Assembly: GCA_951406725.2 (NCBI GenBank)
Contig: OX597815.1
Coordinates: 116,808,001 to 116,872,000 of the forward strand
Direction: 5' to 3'
DNA length: 64,000 nt
DNA from: Octopus vulgaris
Lineage: Eukaryota
The notes under the pieces are model-generated. The model worked only from the letters and a program-made list of their open reading frames with translations, was not told where the DNA came from and ran no database searches. The position numbers and the translations under genes are program-made. This document shows positions 36,975-51,023 of this stretch, piece after piece (position 1 is the first letter of the stretch; each line of letters opens with the position of its first letter).

Positions 36975-38241
36975 TTGGGTCATCTTATAAATAAAGTGGT
37001 CTTTTCAATCGCATGAACTAAAAGTCAGAGAGGAACGGAATAAACTACCTGCGTCAAATTGCTATAAAAGCAGGTAGTAATTTTACCTTGTACTTATTCT
37101 TAGTACAAGTTTTGAAAAGTGCAGTTAGATTTTAACAGTTATTTTTTCAAAGCTATAATGGAAGTGACAGAGGAGCATATTCAGCATATCTTGCTTTATG
37201 AGTTCAATAAAGGCAACAACACAACGGAAAGTGCAAGGAATATTAATGCAGTACATAGGGATCGGACGATAAGCATAAGCCAGTATCAATGGTTCCAGAA
37301 ATTCTAAGCCAGAAACTACAGCCTAGAAGATGAGGCTCGTCTCGGAAGATCTGTAGAACTCGATGAGAATGTCCTGCAAATCTTGGTGGAACAAAATCCC
37401 ATCGTAACTGTTTAGGAACTAGCAGAGAAGCTTGGGTTTGGTCATTCAACCATTCATCAACACCTGCATGCTATCAGAAAAGCCAGAAAACTGGGTCAAT
37501 GGGTTCCTCACAAACTTTCCCAGTCTAATTGCATGCAAAGAGTGAATATGTGCTCTTCTTTGCTGTCACATATCACGAATGAACCATTTTTGGACCGAAT
37601 AGTGACTGGGGAGGAGAAATGGGTTTTCTATAAAAATGTCAAGTGCTGAAGACAATGGGTAGTGTAAGGAGAAACGCTTGCACCCCAGGTTAAAGATGGT
37701 CTTCACCCATGTAAGGTTTTATCATGTGTTTAGTGAGATGTGGAAGGTTTAGCCCACTTTGAACTTTTAAACCCAAAGCAAATGATAACAAAGGAGATCT
37801 ACTGTAAGCAGCTTGTGTGTCTTAAGTCAGCGCTCATTTTTGGTTTCAAGACAAAAGGAGTTCTTCCATCAGGATAATGCTCAGCCACATACAGCAAGAA
37901 TGATATTTGAAAGGCTGGAGCAGTTTGAATGGGAAACGATGCCCCACCCACCATATTCGTCGGACATTGCTCAATCAGATTATCATTTATTCTGCAGTCA
38001 TCAAAATCATTTGACGACTGCAGAATAAATGTAGACGAGGTCAGAACAGTACTGGAGGAATATTTTTCATCATGGACAAGTGATTTTGGAAGAGGGACTT
38101 CGCAAGTCTACCAGATAGCTGGAAGAGATTTGTAGAAAATAAAGGAGAGTATATTTTAGATTAAAAAAGAACTTTATTTATCTTAATTTTGTAAAATAAA
38201 AAAAAGTATGGAAAAACTGCATTATTTATGGGATGACCCAA
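36975..38241 (+). mobile_element. Full-length (1267 bp) inactive mariner DNA transposon
   Basis: TA target duplications at 36973-4 and 38242-3; TIRs ttgggtcatc(tt/cc)ataaataa; internal transposase pseudogene. Confidence 0.93.
37158..38164 (+). pseudogene. Mariner DD34D transposase pseudogene (multiple stops and frameshifts)
   Basis: MEVTEEHIQHILLYEFNKG..WFQKF..LED..WVPHKL..RIVTGEEKW..HQDNAQPH..HPPYSSDIAQSDYHLF. There are 34 residues between the second and third catalytic Asp, and the first Asp reads Glu. Confidence 0.92.
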
Positions 38242-39478
38242 TATTTATGAATATTGGATGACAGAAGTTGTGTTTCATGAAAGATTAGATTAAGCATTGT
38301 TCTATGATTACATTGCAGGTCCTGTAGAGAAAGATTACGACCTTATTTTGGTTAGATTTTAATACAACCAAAATGTGTGAAAATTTAACTTGTATGATTT
38401 TATTTTACTATAATATATAGCATCCATCTATATGCTTTCCTACTAAGAGCTGGGTACCAAACTAAATGTTGCTCTAACTACAACGCCTTGTGTATAAAAG
38501 CCATACATTTTTTGTATTCTAGTTTCCATAGAATATAAGTGACCAAGATTACAATATTCTCTTGAATGGGACACCATTCAGTTGCAGGGTTCAAGGCCAG
38601 CAACTTTGAGGGTATAGGACAAGTATATTATTGATACATTGCCCCCTTTCCCCCATAGTTGACTGGTACTTTATTTTAGTGACTTCAAAAGAATGAAAGG
38701 AAAAGTTGACTTTGATGGGATATGAACTCAGAATGTAAAGAGTGAGAAGAAATGCTGCTAAGTATTTTGTCCAACATGCAAGCAGTTCTGCCAGCTCATC
38801 ATCTTAAAGGCCTTATGTATATATATAGATATATAAATATACCCAGGCCTATTCCCCATTTTTATAGGAGTGGGTAACCACAACAAGACACACACCAGGC
38901 ATTCCATTCATTTCCCAGCTCAAAAAGGTGATCTCTGTTCTATGCCCGGTTCAAAGCATAGAATGCCTTATGTACAATGCTAAAATCATCTCTTTATTGA
39001 ATTTTAGAGATCATTCTTATATTTTATTTCCTGAAGAAAGCAATTTAGAAGAGTTGAGATTCTATAAAAATGTAATAACAAACACTCTATGTTCAGATCA
39101 AGGTTGTATTTATCACAAAAAGTTAGGTCTCTGTTGATTAAACAGTTTTAATCTCTATATAATATGACTGCAACTATGCTTTACCTCTCCCATCAGACAA
39201 CAAAAGATTTTATATTATCCTATAAAATATTTAGTAATTCCATGTATATAAATATAGATATATAGCTATAGTCATTTCAGTATAGTTTACTTGGGTTGGT
39301 TTTGAAAAAAATTAGGTTAAATTCCATGAGTATTGGATACAAAAGGCCACATATGATGAAAATGACATTTCGATATTTTTATCAAAACATTTGAAAAGTT
39401 TGTATCTTTAGTGTATGTGTGTGCATGTGTGTGTGTGTGGGGAGTGTATGTATGCATGTGTATGTACATGTATATATA

Positions 39479-39541
<63 letters not shown>

Positions 39542-39684
39542 TAATACAATTGTTCGTTTGTTTTCCACCTGCCTTCGTCTTTTGTTTATTTTCATAAAGC
39601 TTCCCGTTATATATATATATATATATTTATGTATGTATGTCTGTATGTATATATGTATATATGTATGTATATGTGTATATATGT

Positions 39685-39715
<31 letters not shown>

Positions 39716-39817
39716 TGTATGTATATAGCACCTTGGGCAAGTGTCTTCTACTGTAAGCCTAGAGTTAACCAATGCCTTGTGAGTGAAATTTGGTTGATGG
39801 AATCTGTATACAAGCCT

Positions 39818-39890
<73 letters not shown>

Positions 39891-40176
39891 TTGTGTGTAT
39901 ACATGTATGTATATTTGTAGATGTATGTGTGTTTGCTTTTCTCTGCATATGTTTTCATTGATACTACATGGGTGAGGTGATGTCTATGCCCCACATAAAT
40001 AAGACGTGTCACAACTTAAACATTTATCTTGTCTAGAAAAGGAATAAAGTACCTTGCTTGAATAGAAGTGCTGGCATTTGGAAGGGCATGTATCTGTAGA
40101 AATGCCACCTCAAAAAGTTTTGTCCAACTCATGCCAGCATAGAAAAAGAGTACACAAATATATTAAAATATATATA

Positions 40177-40555
40177 GGCGTAGGAGTGGCTGTGTAGTAA
40201 GTAGCTTGCTTACAGACCACATGGTTCTGGGTTCAGTCCCATTGCATGGCACCTTGGGCAAGTGTCTTCTACTATAGCCTCGGGCCGACCAGAGTGGATT
40301 TGGTAGACGGAAATTGAAAGAAGCCCATCGTATATATATGTACATGTGTGTATATGTTTGTGTGTCTGTGTTTGTCCCAACATCACTTGGCAACCGATGC
40401 TAGTGTGTTTACATCCCTGTAACTTAGCAGTTCAGCAAAAGAGACTGATAGAATAAGTACTAGGCTTACAAAGAATAAGTCTTGAAATCGATTTGCTCAA
40501 CTAAAGGTGGTACTCCAGCATGGCCACAGTCAAATGACTGAAACAAGTAAAAGAG
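40177..40555 (+). mobile_element. SINE family A, full length
   Basis: Close homolog of 28146-28570. Confidence 0.9.
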
Positions 40556-40927
40556 AATATGTCTATATAATAGTTATATGTAAGTATGTGTATGTTTGTA
40601 CACATGTAACTCAATATACATATATATGTATATATATATTTATATAGATAGATATAGATAGATAGAGAGAGAGGGGGGAAGATAAATAGATAGACAGTTT
40701 GATACATAGATAGATAGATAGAGAGAGAGATAAACAGACAGGTATGTGATGCAAATAGGAAAAATAGAACTCATAATAGGAGTATATGTATATTTTTATT
40801 AATATTTAGCAGAAATAACAGAGTGACTCAAGGTCTGAGAGTTTTATACATTGCCATTTTGATAAGTGCAAATGCACAAAGCTCTTAGACCTTGAGTCAC
40901 ACTGTTACTTCTACTAAATATCAATAA

Positions 40928-40958
<31 letters not shown>

Positions 40959-41241
40959 TGCACGCACACACACACCGTCCATGAACTAGAAATCCTTAAA
41001 CAAGTATGATCGTAGCCAGAATTAGAATCTCCGTGCAGAGCAATCACAGAATATCAATGTATTGTGTATATAAGCAATAAAAATTACCATAAACCAAGAA
41101 ACAAGTTCAACCCTATGAGAACTACAATTTCAAAGAAGGACTACTTAAAACCATGAGTACAAGCTAAAAAGCTTCACAGACAATAAGCACATCAAGCATG
41201 TATTTCCATCATCAGCTGTCAGTATATCAGATGACATATGC

Positions 41242-41299
<58 letters not shown>

Positions 41300-41511
41300 T
41301 CATCATAATCATATCTGTCTTTCATGATGGTATGGGTTGGAAAATTTGGCAGGATCCGATGAGTCAGAGGACTACATCAAACTCCAATGTCTGCTTTGAC
41401 ATGATTTCTATAACTTTGTTTCTCCTAACACCAACTCCTTTATAAAATGTACTGGGTACTTTTTTCATGGAATTGGCACTAGTGAGATTGCCAAGTAACT
41501 CATAAGACAAT

Positions 41512-41558
<47 letters not shown>

Positions 41559-41559
41559 C

Positions 41560-41985
41560 TTTTATATATCCAGGCCTATACCCCATTTTTTAGGAGTGAG
41601 TAGTCACAAGACACACACCAGGCATTCCCTTCATTTCCCAGCTCAAAGAGGTAAAGCCCATTCTATGCTCCAGTCAAGGCATAGAATGCAACACCCAATA
41701 TCAGCAGCAGGGTCCAACAGCATATGCTGGTTTTCTCCCACCACATCATACTGCTTCCCTACCCCTTTGAGCCATATCAAATTCACTCATCCATCCACAA
41801 GCACTCTCCAAGCTTTACTATCATTTATAAACTCTCTTGCTTCTCTCACTCCAACACCTCTAACCATCAAAGATTTCCTCACTCCATCCATCCACACAAA
41901 CCAAGGTCTGCTTCTGGTTCTGCCGCCTACCACTTCTGCCTTCATCACCCTCCATACCAGCCGCTCCTCATCCATAAGACAAAGA
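41560..41985 (-). mobile_element. RTE-clade LINE 3' end
   Basis: MDEERLVWRVMKAEVVGGRTRSRPWFVWMDGVRKSLMVRGVGVREAREFINDSKAWR plus 3' UTR; the UTR recurs at ~38840-38970. Confidence 0.85.
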
Positions 41986-42899
41986 GAGGTAAAATCTCCC
42001 TCAACTGCATAGAATGTTATAGCAAGGAAGGGCTTTATGCTAGGTGTTGAAAGACTAAAGTATGATTGAGAGACAAGCACTGGTCTCTTTCCATAGAGGA
42101 AATACATTGCTGCCCTGCATTATATATGGGCAGTTGAGAGTAGCTGGGAAGGAAGATAAAGATGTTGGTGGTGACATGTCAGAGCATACTTTCAAGATAC
42201 AAGAAGGTAAATACAAAATAGAATACAAACAGAAGAGTAAGAAATGATGGTAACTTCATAAGGGCATGAGAGAAGAGTGATAGAAAGTTAGAGATGAGGG
42301 TAGAGGGGAATGTAATGAACAATGAACAAAGATGGAAGAGTAGCTGATGGTAAATATCGGTTTGGTGGGGGAAGGTGAAAGGAATAGGAATGGCTCAGGA
42401 AAATGTAGTTGATAAGTAGCAGTACAGAAAGACTGGAGAGCAGCATTATAATAAATGTATACATAAATCAGAAGTTGAGAAATGGTATGCAGGGCGGGGG
42501 AGTAGGGGGTGAGAGATAAATGTACAGTGACAGTGATGGAGGTCAGAAATATATAGGAGTGGATTAGGGTAGATGTCAACTGCAAATATGAAGTATTGAG
42601 AATGAGAGCAGATATAAGAGGGTGTTGACAATGATAGAAGATATGAGAAGGTATTAATGATGAGTTATGGCAGTCATAAAATGTAGAACAGTGGGAAAGG
42701 AGTAATCAATGGAAAATGGAATGGTAAGGGATGATATTGAGAATGAGGGATGGAAGCTAAAAGAAAGTAGTGCCAATAAGAGGGATAAATGTTAGCACAA
42801 AAGCGGATGAAACATGCAGTTCTACTCTCATATGATGACAGTTGTTGAATAGTATTGTAGTTAGAAAAGTTACAGAAGGATGGCTGCTTTTTTTTATAT

Positions 42900-43730
42900 T
42901 GAAGCTAGCATGCGTTACTGGATGTGCAATGTCAATGTGCATGTATGACAGTGTGTAAGTGTCTTGAGAGAAACATTGAGCATAAGAGACATCAGATGTG
43001 GTGCACAAGAGAGACATCTGTGCTGGTATGTTCATGTAATGTGTATGAATGAAGACAGTTGTGTGAAGAAGTGCTAGTCTCTAATTATGGAGGGAACTTG
43101 TGGAAGAGGTAGACCCAAGAAGACATGAGATGAGGTGATGAAGCATGATATTCGAATGTTGGGTCTCATGGAGGCAATGACTAGTGACCAAGGCCTTTGG
43201 TGAAATGCCATGCTTGAGAAGATCCGTCAAGCCAACTGAAATCACAGTCATGACCAATGCCAGATTTGTGTAAATGATACTTATACTGGTGGTACATAAA
43301 ACATGCCCTTCAAATGTTGGGTGATAGGCTGTGCTTGAAATGACCCATCAAGCCAAGTGAAATCATAGTCATGGCCAATGCCAGTGTCACAAAAGCACTC
43401 TTCAAACTTTGGGCCTCATGGAGGCAGTGACAAGTGACCAAAATCTTTGGAAATGTAGTGTGCTTGTGTAGAACTATCAAGCCAAATGAGACATTAGTTG
43501 TGGCCGATGCCAGTGTTTTGTAACTGGCACTCATGCTGATGGCACGTAAAAAACACCCACTACACTCTCGTAGTGGTTGGCATTAGGAATGGCATCCAGC
43601 TGAAGAAACTATGCCAAATCAGACTGGAACCTGGTGCAGCTCCCCAGCTTACCAGTTTTCAGTTAAACCATCCAACCCATGACAGCAGGGAAAACGGACA
43701 TTAAATGATGATGGTGACAATGATGATGAC
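42900..43730 (+). mobile_element. RTE-clade LINE 3' end with (GAT)n tail
   Basis: QERHLCWYVHVMCMNEDSCVKKC*SLIMEGTCGRGRPKKT*DEVMKHDIRMLGL..., then a repetitive UTR ending ccatccaacccatg...gacattaaatgatgatg. UTR-only copies lie at ~768-940(-), 20455-20745(+), 23630-23850(-), 27500-27720(-), 36475-36720(-) and 60290-60495(+). Confidence 0.85.
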
Positions 43731-44229
43731 AGGTGCAGGAGTAGCTGGTTAAGAAATTACTTCAATCCCATTGTGTGGTCCTAGGCTGGCTAAAGCCTTG
43801 TGAATGGATTTTTGGTAGACAAAATGTAAAAGAAGTCCATTATGTATGTATGTGTACTAACTATAACAATTATTTATAGGCTCTTTACTTTGTTTGCATG
43901 CATATGATATATATATATATATATGCAATATATAAATGTATATTTATGTATGAAACACATATTTTTACACATAGGTACATACACACACACACACGCGCGC
44001 GCGCGTGCGCGCACACACACACACATGCACGCACGTAATGACATTCTTATAATATCAACAGTGAAACTCTTCTTACAGCTGTCACAAAACTGTTAATGGG
44101 AAATCACCTGGGAGACACCTGTTAGCTGATTATTATTATTATTATTATAGGAAACTCACATTCTCTGACCAGCCTTCATTAATCTGTTCAAAATATCAAT
44201 GAATGCTGAGAATGACATGCCAAACTGGT

Positions 44230-44690
44230 TGGCAGCCACATGTTCAACACTTGTAACTAAAAACTTAGAGACACACTTAACCAAAAATTATATGCTTGAA
44301 TGTAATATATAAATTATACACATGTTGCTTGAAGTCATTCCTCCGGAATCACTGTGAAACATACAGGTAAGGGGAAAGAAAAGTGTTTGGAGCTGTGTCA
44401 AAGAACTCTGTATCAACAAAATTGTCAAGGAAGTGAAACAGCACAACCAAAATTTGCCAATTGTTGGCTAGACTATAAGAAGGATTTTGATTCTGTTCCT
44501 CATTCATAGATAATGGAATCACTCTACTTTGCTAATATTCCAACTACTATAGTCAATGCCATTAAGAGGCTGACAATAACATGATCTACAGAATTATCTT
44601 TAAGAACTGAAGCTTCCACTGTAGTTAATAACAAAGTGACTATAGTGGGAACTTAGACCTAAACAAAAGGCATTTCCCCAAGGTGACTGC
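44230..44690 (+). mobile_element. Dong/R4-clade non-LTR retrotransposon RT fragment (pseudogenised)
   Basis: ..ELCINKIVKEVKQHNQNL..WLDYKKDFDSVPHS*IMESLYFANIPTTIVNAIKRL...KGI(fs)QGD matches WIDYKKAYDSVPHSWI...GIFQGD. Confidence 0.8.
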
Positions 44691-47082
44691 AGTAAGACTG
44701 AACCAAAAATCATGTGGTTGTGAAATGATCGTCACAACCACACAGTTATGCTTTTATCTAATATCTTGTTCAATGCCTTCTGATTTTATATTTAAATATG
44801 ACTTAGCCATTCACCAATCCAGGGTTGATAAAATCAGTACAAGTAATACCATAATCATTGAATATTTGAAATGATGTTTATAGATTCAATCACACTATTC
44901 AATGTTGTTCAGTAGTCATGGAAAGAAGTTTGTTCACAACTAACTTTCAGAAATTTAACAAGTGTAACAGTGGTTTCTTTTTTATTTTTTGATTTCTTTT
45001 TTTAACTATTTCTTAACTATTTTAATAGACTAGATTAATATAATGTTTTTGACAACTTTCATCTTTTTTACCTTGTTTTGGCTTCTTCAAATGATCTTAA
45101 ATATATTTTAAGATTATATATTTAAGATCTGAGGACTTATTAAAATGATAATGACTATTAAAGTTGGCTAAAAGTCACAAATTTTGAGGAAAATTATGTT
45201 TAGCTAAGTGAATTTCTGTATATGACCGGTACTTATTTTATTGACATGGATAGCAAAATAAACCCACATACAAATTGAATTTGGAATGTAAAAATGACAA
45301 ACTGACAAATGTGTGACACTCTGTAAACTCCTCTGACCCATTGTCCTCAGTTAATAATATGAATAAGAGAAAATATTTATCTCTAGATTATCAATATGTA
45401 TTAAATTCTTATTGAATTTTATTCAAAATTATTTTCCATTTGATACCAAATTATATCAATTTCATATTTCTGCTGTGTATGCTGATTTTCAAATTTCCAA
45501 TTGTAGCCATAAATGAAAATTATGCTTGTATGTCTTTCTACACTAATAAACAACCATATGTTATTGGAGTGGGTTGATTAATATTTAGACCATAACCTGG
45601 AAGTAATAAATTCTAAAATTAGATTAACACAAATATATAGTTTCTTTGAGTTATCTGAATCCTAAGAATGAAATTTCCTTTTTCACTTAATGCCCTCATC
45701 TACAAATAGGTCAGTAACATAATCTAAAATAACCCTCAAAGAAATATTGCTCCAGGAATCAGTGATGCTACTTCTTCTGTTGACCTTTCATCTGAAGAAA
45801 AAAATGTTCTTCATTGGAAGCACATCTGTCCAAATATAGCCCCACATTTACCGTTGACATAATTGTTTTCAGTGTATCATGGGGTTTTTTTCCCTTCCTA
45901 AATAAGTTTCCAACACTAATCTGATTATTCAATGTTTTATTCTGTAGAAAACAATTTATGGCTTAGATTTACTTTTTACCGAAATACCTTTATTTTGGAA
46001 TTTAATCTTAAATAATTTTGATTCCAGATGATTTTGTGTGTGTATGTGTGTGTGCACACGTGAATTTTCTAATTACCTGTGAGATAATGTAAGTTTCATT
46101 GACATGGATGTGTGGTTCAGAAGTGTGCTTTCCAGCCACATGGTTTCAGGTTCAGTCCTACTGCATTGTACCTTAGGCAAGAATCTTCTACTAAAGTCCA
46201 GGCTGACCAAAGCCTTGTGAGTAATTTGGTAGACAGAAACTGATAAAAGCTTGTCGTGTGTGTGTTTATGTATGTTAGTGTTACCTTATTTTGATATCAC
46301 ATAATAGTTGTAAATGAACATCATCATCTTACTAGCAGTGTTCTCCATCTACCATCCTCTCATGTAAAAAATATCTGGCCTAGGGGAACTATTATCTTAC
46401 TTGGAAACAGATGAGAGTTTCCAAGTAAGTGACAGGAAGGCTATCTGGCCATAAAAAATTTGCCTCAACGAATTCCATCTGACCCATCAAAGCATTGGAA
46501 ACTGGATGTTAAAATTATGATAAGGACTGTTGTTGATTTTGCTGTTCAGTCTCTACAAGTACTAAATTTAAAAAATGGTGTTAAACAAGGGACAATGATG
46601 AGATTTCATTTGACAGCAGTAATCCAATTAAACAAGGGATGTTACTAATTAAACAAATTTATTTTGTTTTGAAGCAGTATGTCTTACATCTATATTCATG
46701 TTTCATTTTATATCATATATCAGAAGGCGGGGTGCTTTTGTCTATTTAACTATGGTTGACTTAAAAAAGGATTGGGTTGAAAGGCATTGAACAATATATG
46801 CAGGAAACTTCACTTTCTTACATATGGTTATTTACTTCTCAAACCTGTGATATTTATTTCTCTAACTTATGTATCCTTACAACTATAGATATTAAAGTAA
46901 AGTAAAAGTAGTGACAATGAAGGCCATATGAAAATAGATGTACTCCTAAAACATAATCTAATATGTAAACAGAAAATTACTTGACTCTTTTATCAAGAAT
47001 ATCCAGGATTGATCTTTTCCTTGCTGTGACACTGGTTTTAAATGGTCCCATTTATTATCAACTTACAATCCTTCATAATGAT

Positions 47083-47251
47083 CAAGTAGTGTTGAGGGAG
47101 TGGGCATGAGGCTTCACCCCGGATGACGGTTTTATGGGGATGGCTCTTCTGGGTTCACAATATAAGCCTGTATAGGATTGGGGGCCTAGTAGGAGGAGTG
47201 TGGCAAACTCGAGGGCTGCCCTGGACAGCACATACTCTAGCTACACCACTG
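47083..47251. mobile_element. Short degenerate hAT-like MITE
   Basis: GC-rich island ending ctagctacaccactg, similar to CAGTGGCGTAGCTAG-type termini; the other terminus is degenerate. Confidence 0.35.
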
Positions 47252-48440
47252 TAATGATTCACAGTTGTAGACCACAGACACACACTTGTCTTCAGGTGAC
47301 AGTTCAGGTCAGTTGTGTTCCAGAAAGAATCTTCTTTCATTTAACCTAATAAACAATCAAACTAAACTGGTTGATTCATCTTGTATTAGCAATAATAAAA
47401 GGAATAGTTTGGGGATATTTTTAAAGATCTTTTGTGTATTAAATGAAAATCTATAAATTTTATATACAGTAAGTAGTTTGCTTCTCAACCATGTGGTTAA
47501 TTGCATTGTGGTGATAACATAGCTCCTTGGGCTAGTGTTTTCTTCTATAGCCCCAGGCCAACCAAAGCCTTGTGAGTTGATTTGGTAAATGTAACCTGAA
47601 AGAAGCTTGTCGTGTGTGTGTGGTGTGATGTGTGTGTACGTGTGTGTGTGTAAGTGTGTGTGCACATTTCTGCCTCCTTGTCTTGACATCATGTTATGGC
47701 TGTAAGAGAGCATCACCATCATGCAAGTAGTGTCCTGCATTTCCAATCTTCTGTGGAAACATGTCTGGTTATGAAGATTTGTTACCTCACTTAGAAACAG
47801 ATGAGTGTTGGTTACAAGAAAAGCACTTGACCATAGAAAATCTGCCTCAACAAATTCTAGCCAATCAATGCAAAAATGGAAAAGTGGATGTTAAATGATG
47901 ATAATGGTCATTATCATGGTTATGTAATGTTGAAAACAGCTTTCTATGTCATTTACAAAAATAGTCAGAAAATGAAGAAAGAAAAATAGAAACGAAAAAT
48001 AGTAAAAAAATCAAAGTAGAGGCATACACATTCCATTTAGTTATACATCACACCAGGGGAAAACTAGTGTTTCACTCTAAAAATTTTTGAGACACTGCAA
48101 AACATTCATAGTTTTACCATGAGTGATTGCAAGGTTGAGATGCTGGAACAGAAAAGCATCCACCTAAGCATTGTCTGAAATGCCTCTGAGATCAAAAATT
48201 TATTTGCAGTGATCCAGCTTTCTCCGACATCTCAAAACCTACAGACTGAAAATATAATTTATGGACAGAGTATGGTATCTCAATATTTATTTTGTTCAGC
48301 TTCAGATACAAGCAACTCCTTTCTCTGCTGTCACTTTATGTGATAAAGCAAATGAGTTGCTAACAGTGGTATCTCATATGAGGCATCTGCTTCTTTCCCA
48401 AGAGCAAAAAGTGAGTTCATCTGATCTTTTCCTATCAATT

Positions 48441-48936
48441 TGGGTAGCTAATGCAGAAACGCACCTCTCCTGACAAAATACATTTAAAAAAAAATTTTTT
48501 TTCAGATTCCTACATTTTAAATGTTGGAGATTACGAATATGCAAATTTTTAAAAATTACACCCCACACCCCCCTACATATACCCCAATTTAAAATTTTTA
48601 ACTTTTTTCGAAATTTTTTTCCTATGTTTTTGATTATGGAGATTCCAAATATGCAAGAAACCACATTTTCAAAATTTTAAATTCAATAAGCATATAGATA
48701 TGTATATAAAGAGATAGATAGATATCAATGACATCCCCTATAGCACTGCGTTAGTTTGCTACAAGCTCTTTAAAATAAACAAATCAGAATTTTAAATTGG
48801 GGGAAGGAGGGGGGTAATTTTTAAAAAATTTTCTTTTTTTGCATATTTGTAATCTCTGACATCTAAAATATAGGAATCCAGAAAAAAATTTTCAAAAAAT
48901 TGCACTTTTCAAGGAGAGATGCAATATTAGCTCCCA
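48441..48936. mobile_element. MITE/foldback with ~155-bp imperfect terminal inverted repeats
   Basis: tgggtagctaat..ctctcc..gattcctacattttaaatgttggagattacgaatatgcaaa..ccaatttaaaatt is mirrored at 48788-48936. Confidence 0.75.
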
Positions 48937-50900
48937 TCTTTGAATAATATCACTGCCTCCAGAATTGAGGGAAATATTTACCCCTTCAAAAAAGGCTCAT
49001 TTAATGATTACATTAATCACATTGTGGTGATAACATGGCCCAATTTCATTGACATGTCAATCCATGAAAATATCCAGAATTGAAGGGCTTACCAATAATT
49101 ACACCTTACTACCCCACATACATTGGTTCCAACTCTAAGGCAATAGAAATGTTGACCCAAGGGAAGCATTAACTCAGTCTCTAGAAATTTTGGCTCCCAC
49201 AAAAAAATTAGGCAGCACCTTGAGTGCTCAGATGGATCAAAAAGACATTGAAAATGTGCTTTGGTTGTTACTTATCCCACACACTATGAACTAATTAGCT
49301 CTGAAGTGCATTTTCATCAATTTCACTGAATCAAATATACTGCAAAACTGACAATTTACAAAATTTCTATTATATTAACCTGTTTCCTTCATTTTATGAA
49401 TAACAAAAAAATTTAATTTTGATATACTCTCCTCTCCTATACATAAAATTGATGGACCAAAGATTACACTGCAAGATGTCAACATCTATAATAAGAGGTT
49501 TTCATTGCAGTGGCTAGCACATTTGTATTAACCAGTGGTTATTTTATTAATATATTCCAAATAATTTGGTCCATTGAGAAAACGGAAAATAACTGAAGTG
49601 TTTTAACTGATATATTTAGAATTCATTCTTTTTCTGGCATAAATAGTCCTAATATGTATAGTGTATACACAGATGTTCTTCCAGAAATAACATGAGACAA
49701 CATGCAGGAATTTAATCACCTCTTTAGAAAATTTTCATAATACCCTTAAAGTTTTCCATTATTTTTCTTTTAAAAATAATATCACTGAAAGAAAACTTTT
49801 AAAGTATAGTGCCAAATAATCGATTCTAATTGCAATGATTAAATATTTGCTGGTCATGTAGCATGCTAATCATATGCAAATCAGTTCTCATAACCTCTTT
49901 CCATTGACCATTAAAAATAAAATGTGAGTACTATATCATGAAATGCAAAGAATTCTGTAGAGTACCCCACAACCAAAAACCAATTAATTTGGTTTCTATG
50001 TCTCAAGCGCACAAGCACACAACTGAGTAGACTCAGTTCTCATGCAGTAAAGGTTAAAGGCAGTAATTTTGTTATTACATAAGATTTTAATTTTTCTTAT
50101 TATTGATCTCATTTTAGGAATGAAAAAATTTTCAGTTATTACCTCTCATGCTATCTTTCAATCAGTTTAAATGAAGCCAGTCTGTTACAAGAAAACCTGA
50201 AGACTATTGGCAATCAAACTTATTGAAAAATGCTGTAGATGTAAATAATGGATTTTTTTTTATCATTGAAGATGGTTTTCATATTTCAAACAATTATATT
50301 TTTATTAACAACATTTAGACATCTCATATTACATGTTTTGGAAATATTACAGATGATGCACCAAAAGAAATATATACTGAAAAGTTTGTTATTCCTTTTA
50401 ATCACTTTTATTGTATATTTAAAGACAAATTAGTCATTTTGCAATAAAAATAATATTTAGAATGAAATAAACTATTTTATTTCATTTTAAATATTATTTC
50501 TATTTCTGATAAATGAAAAACAACTTTAAACATTTTGTTCTTTACAATATCTTATTTCACACTTTTAACAAAACTGTACCTTGATATTTACTGCATTAGG
50601 CTGTACTGGTGATTTTCTTTAATCTTTATTTAATCTATAATATATTGTGTGAATAATTAATATTGGTAATGGCATGGCTATATCATACATAGTATTGTCT
50701 ACATTGCATGCATGATATGCTTAACTAGGTTTCCACCCCCTTAAAATACCTTGAAAGTTCTTGAAAAATTCATTTGTTGCTTTTAAAATGAATTTCAACA
50801 GTTCTTTTTTGACTAACTGGATCTTTATCTTTCTAAACATGTTTTTTATAGAATAGTAAATTTCAATCAATATTAGCAGTTTCCTGATATTCATATTAAC

Positions 50901-50942
<42 letters not shown>

Positions 50943-51023
50943 TTGTTTTTATGTTCAGTTTCAATAAAAACAATTTTACATTAATCTGACGGGTTACTCT
51001 ATACTTTTGTAGAGTACAAATTT

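Noticed and set aside
42100-42780. Purine-rich stretch giving ORFs 42256-42585 and 42446-42631 (similar at 1160-1580)
   Set aside because: This is low-complexity GA-rich sequence, and the ORFs lack domain features and splice signals.
48120-48440. Possible Tigger/pogo transposase N-terminal remnant (QATPFSAV...MRHLLL)
   Set aside because: The similarity is too weak to support without a search, and I found no TIRs.
49950-50030. Possible next Ig exon starting ag|TACCCC
   Set aside because: It has no Cys/Trp Ig pattern and hits a stop within about 23 codons.
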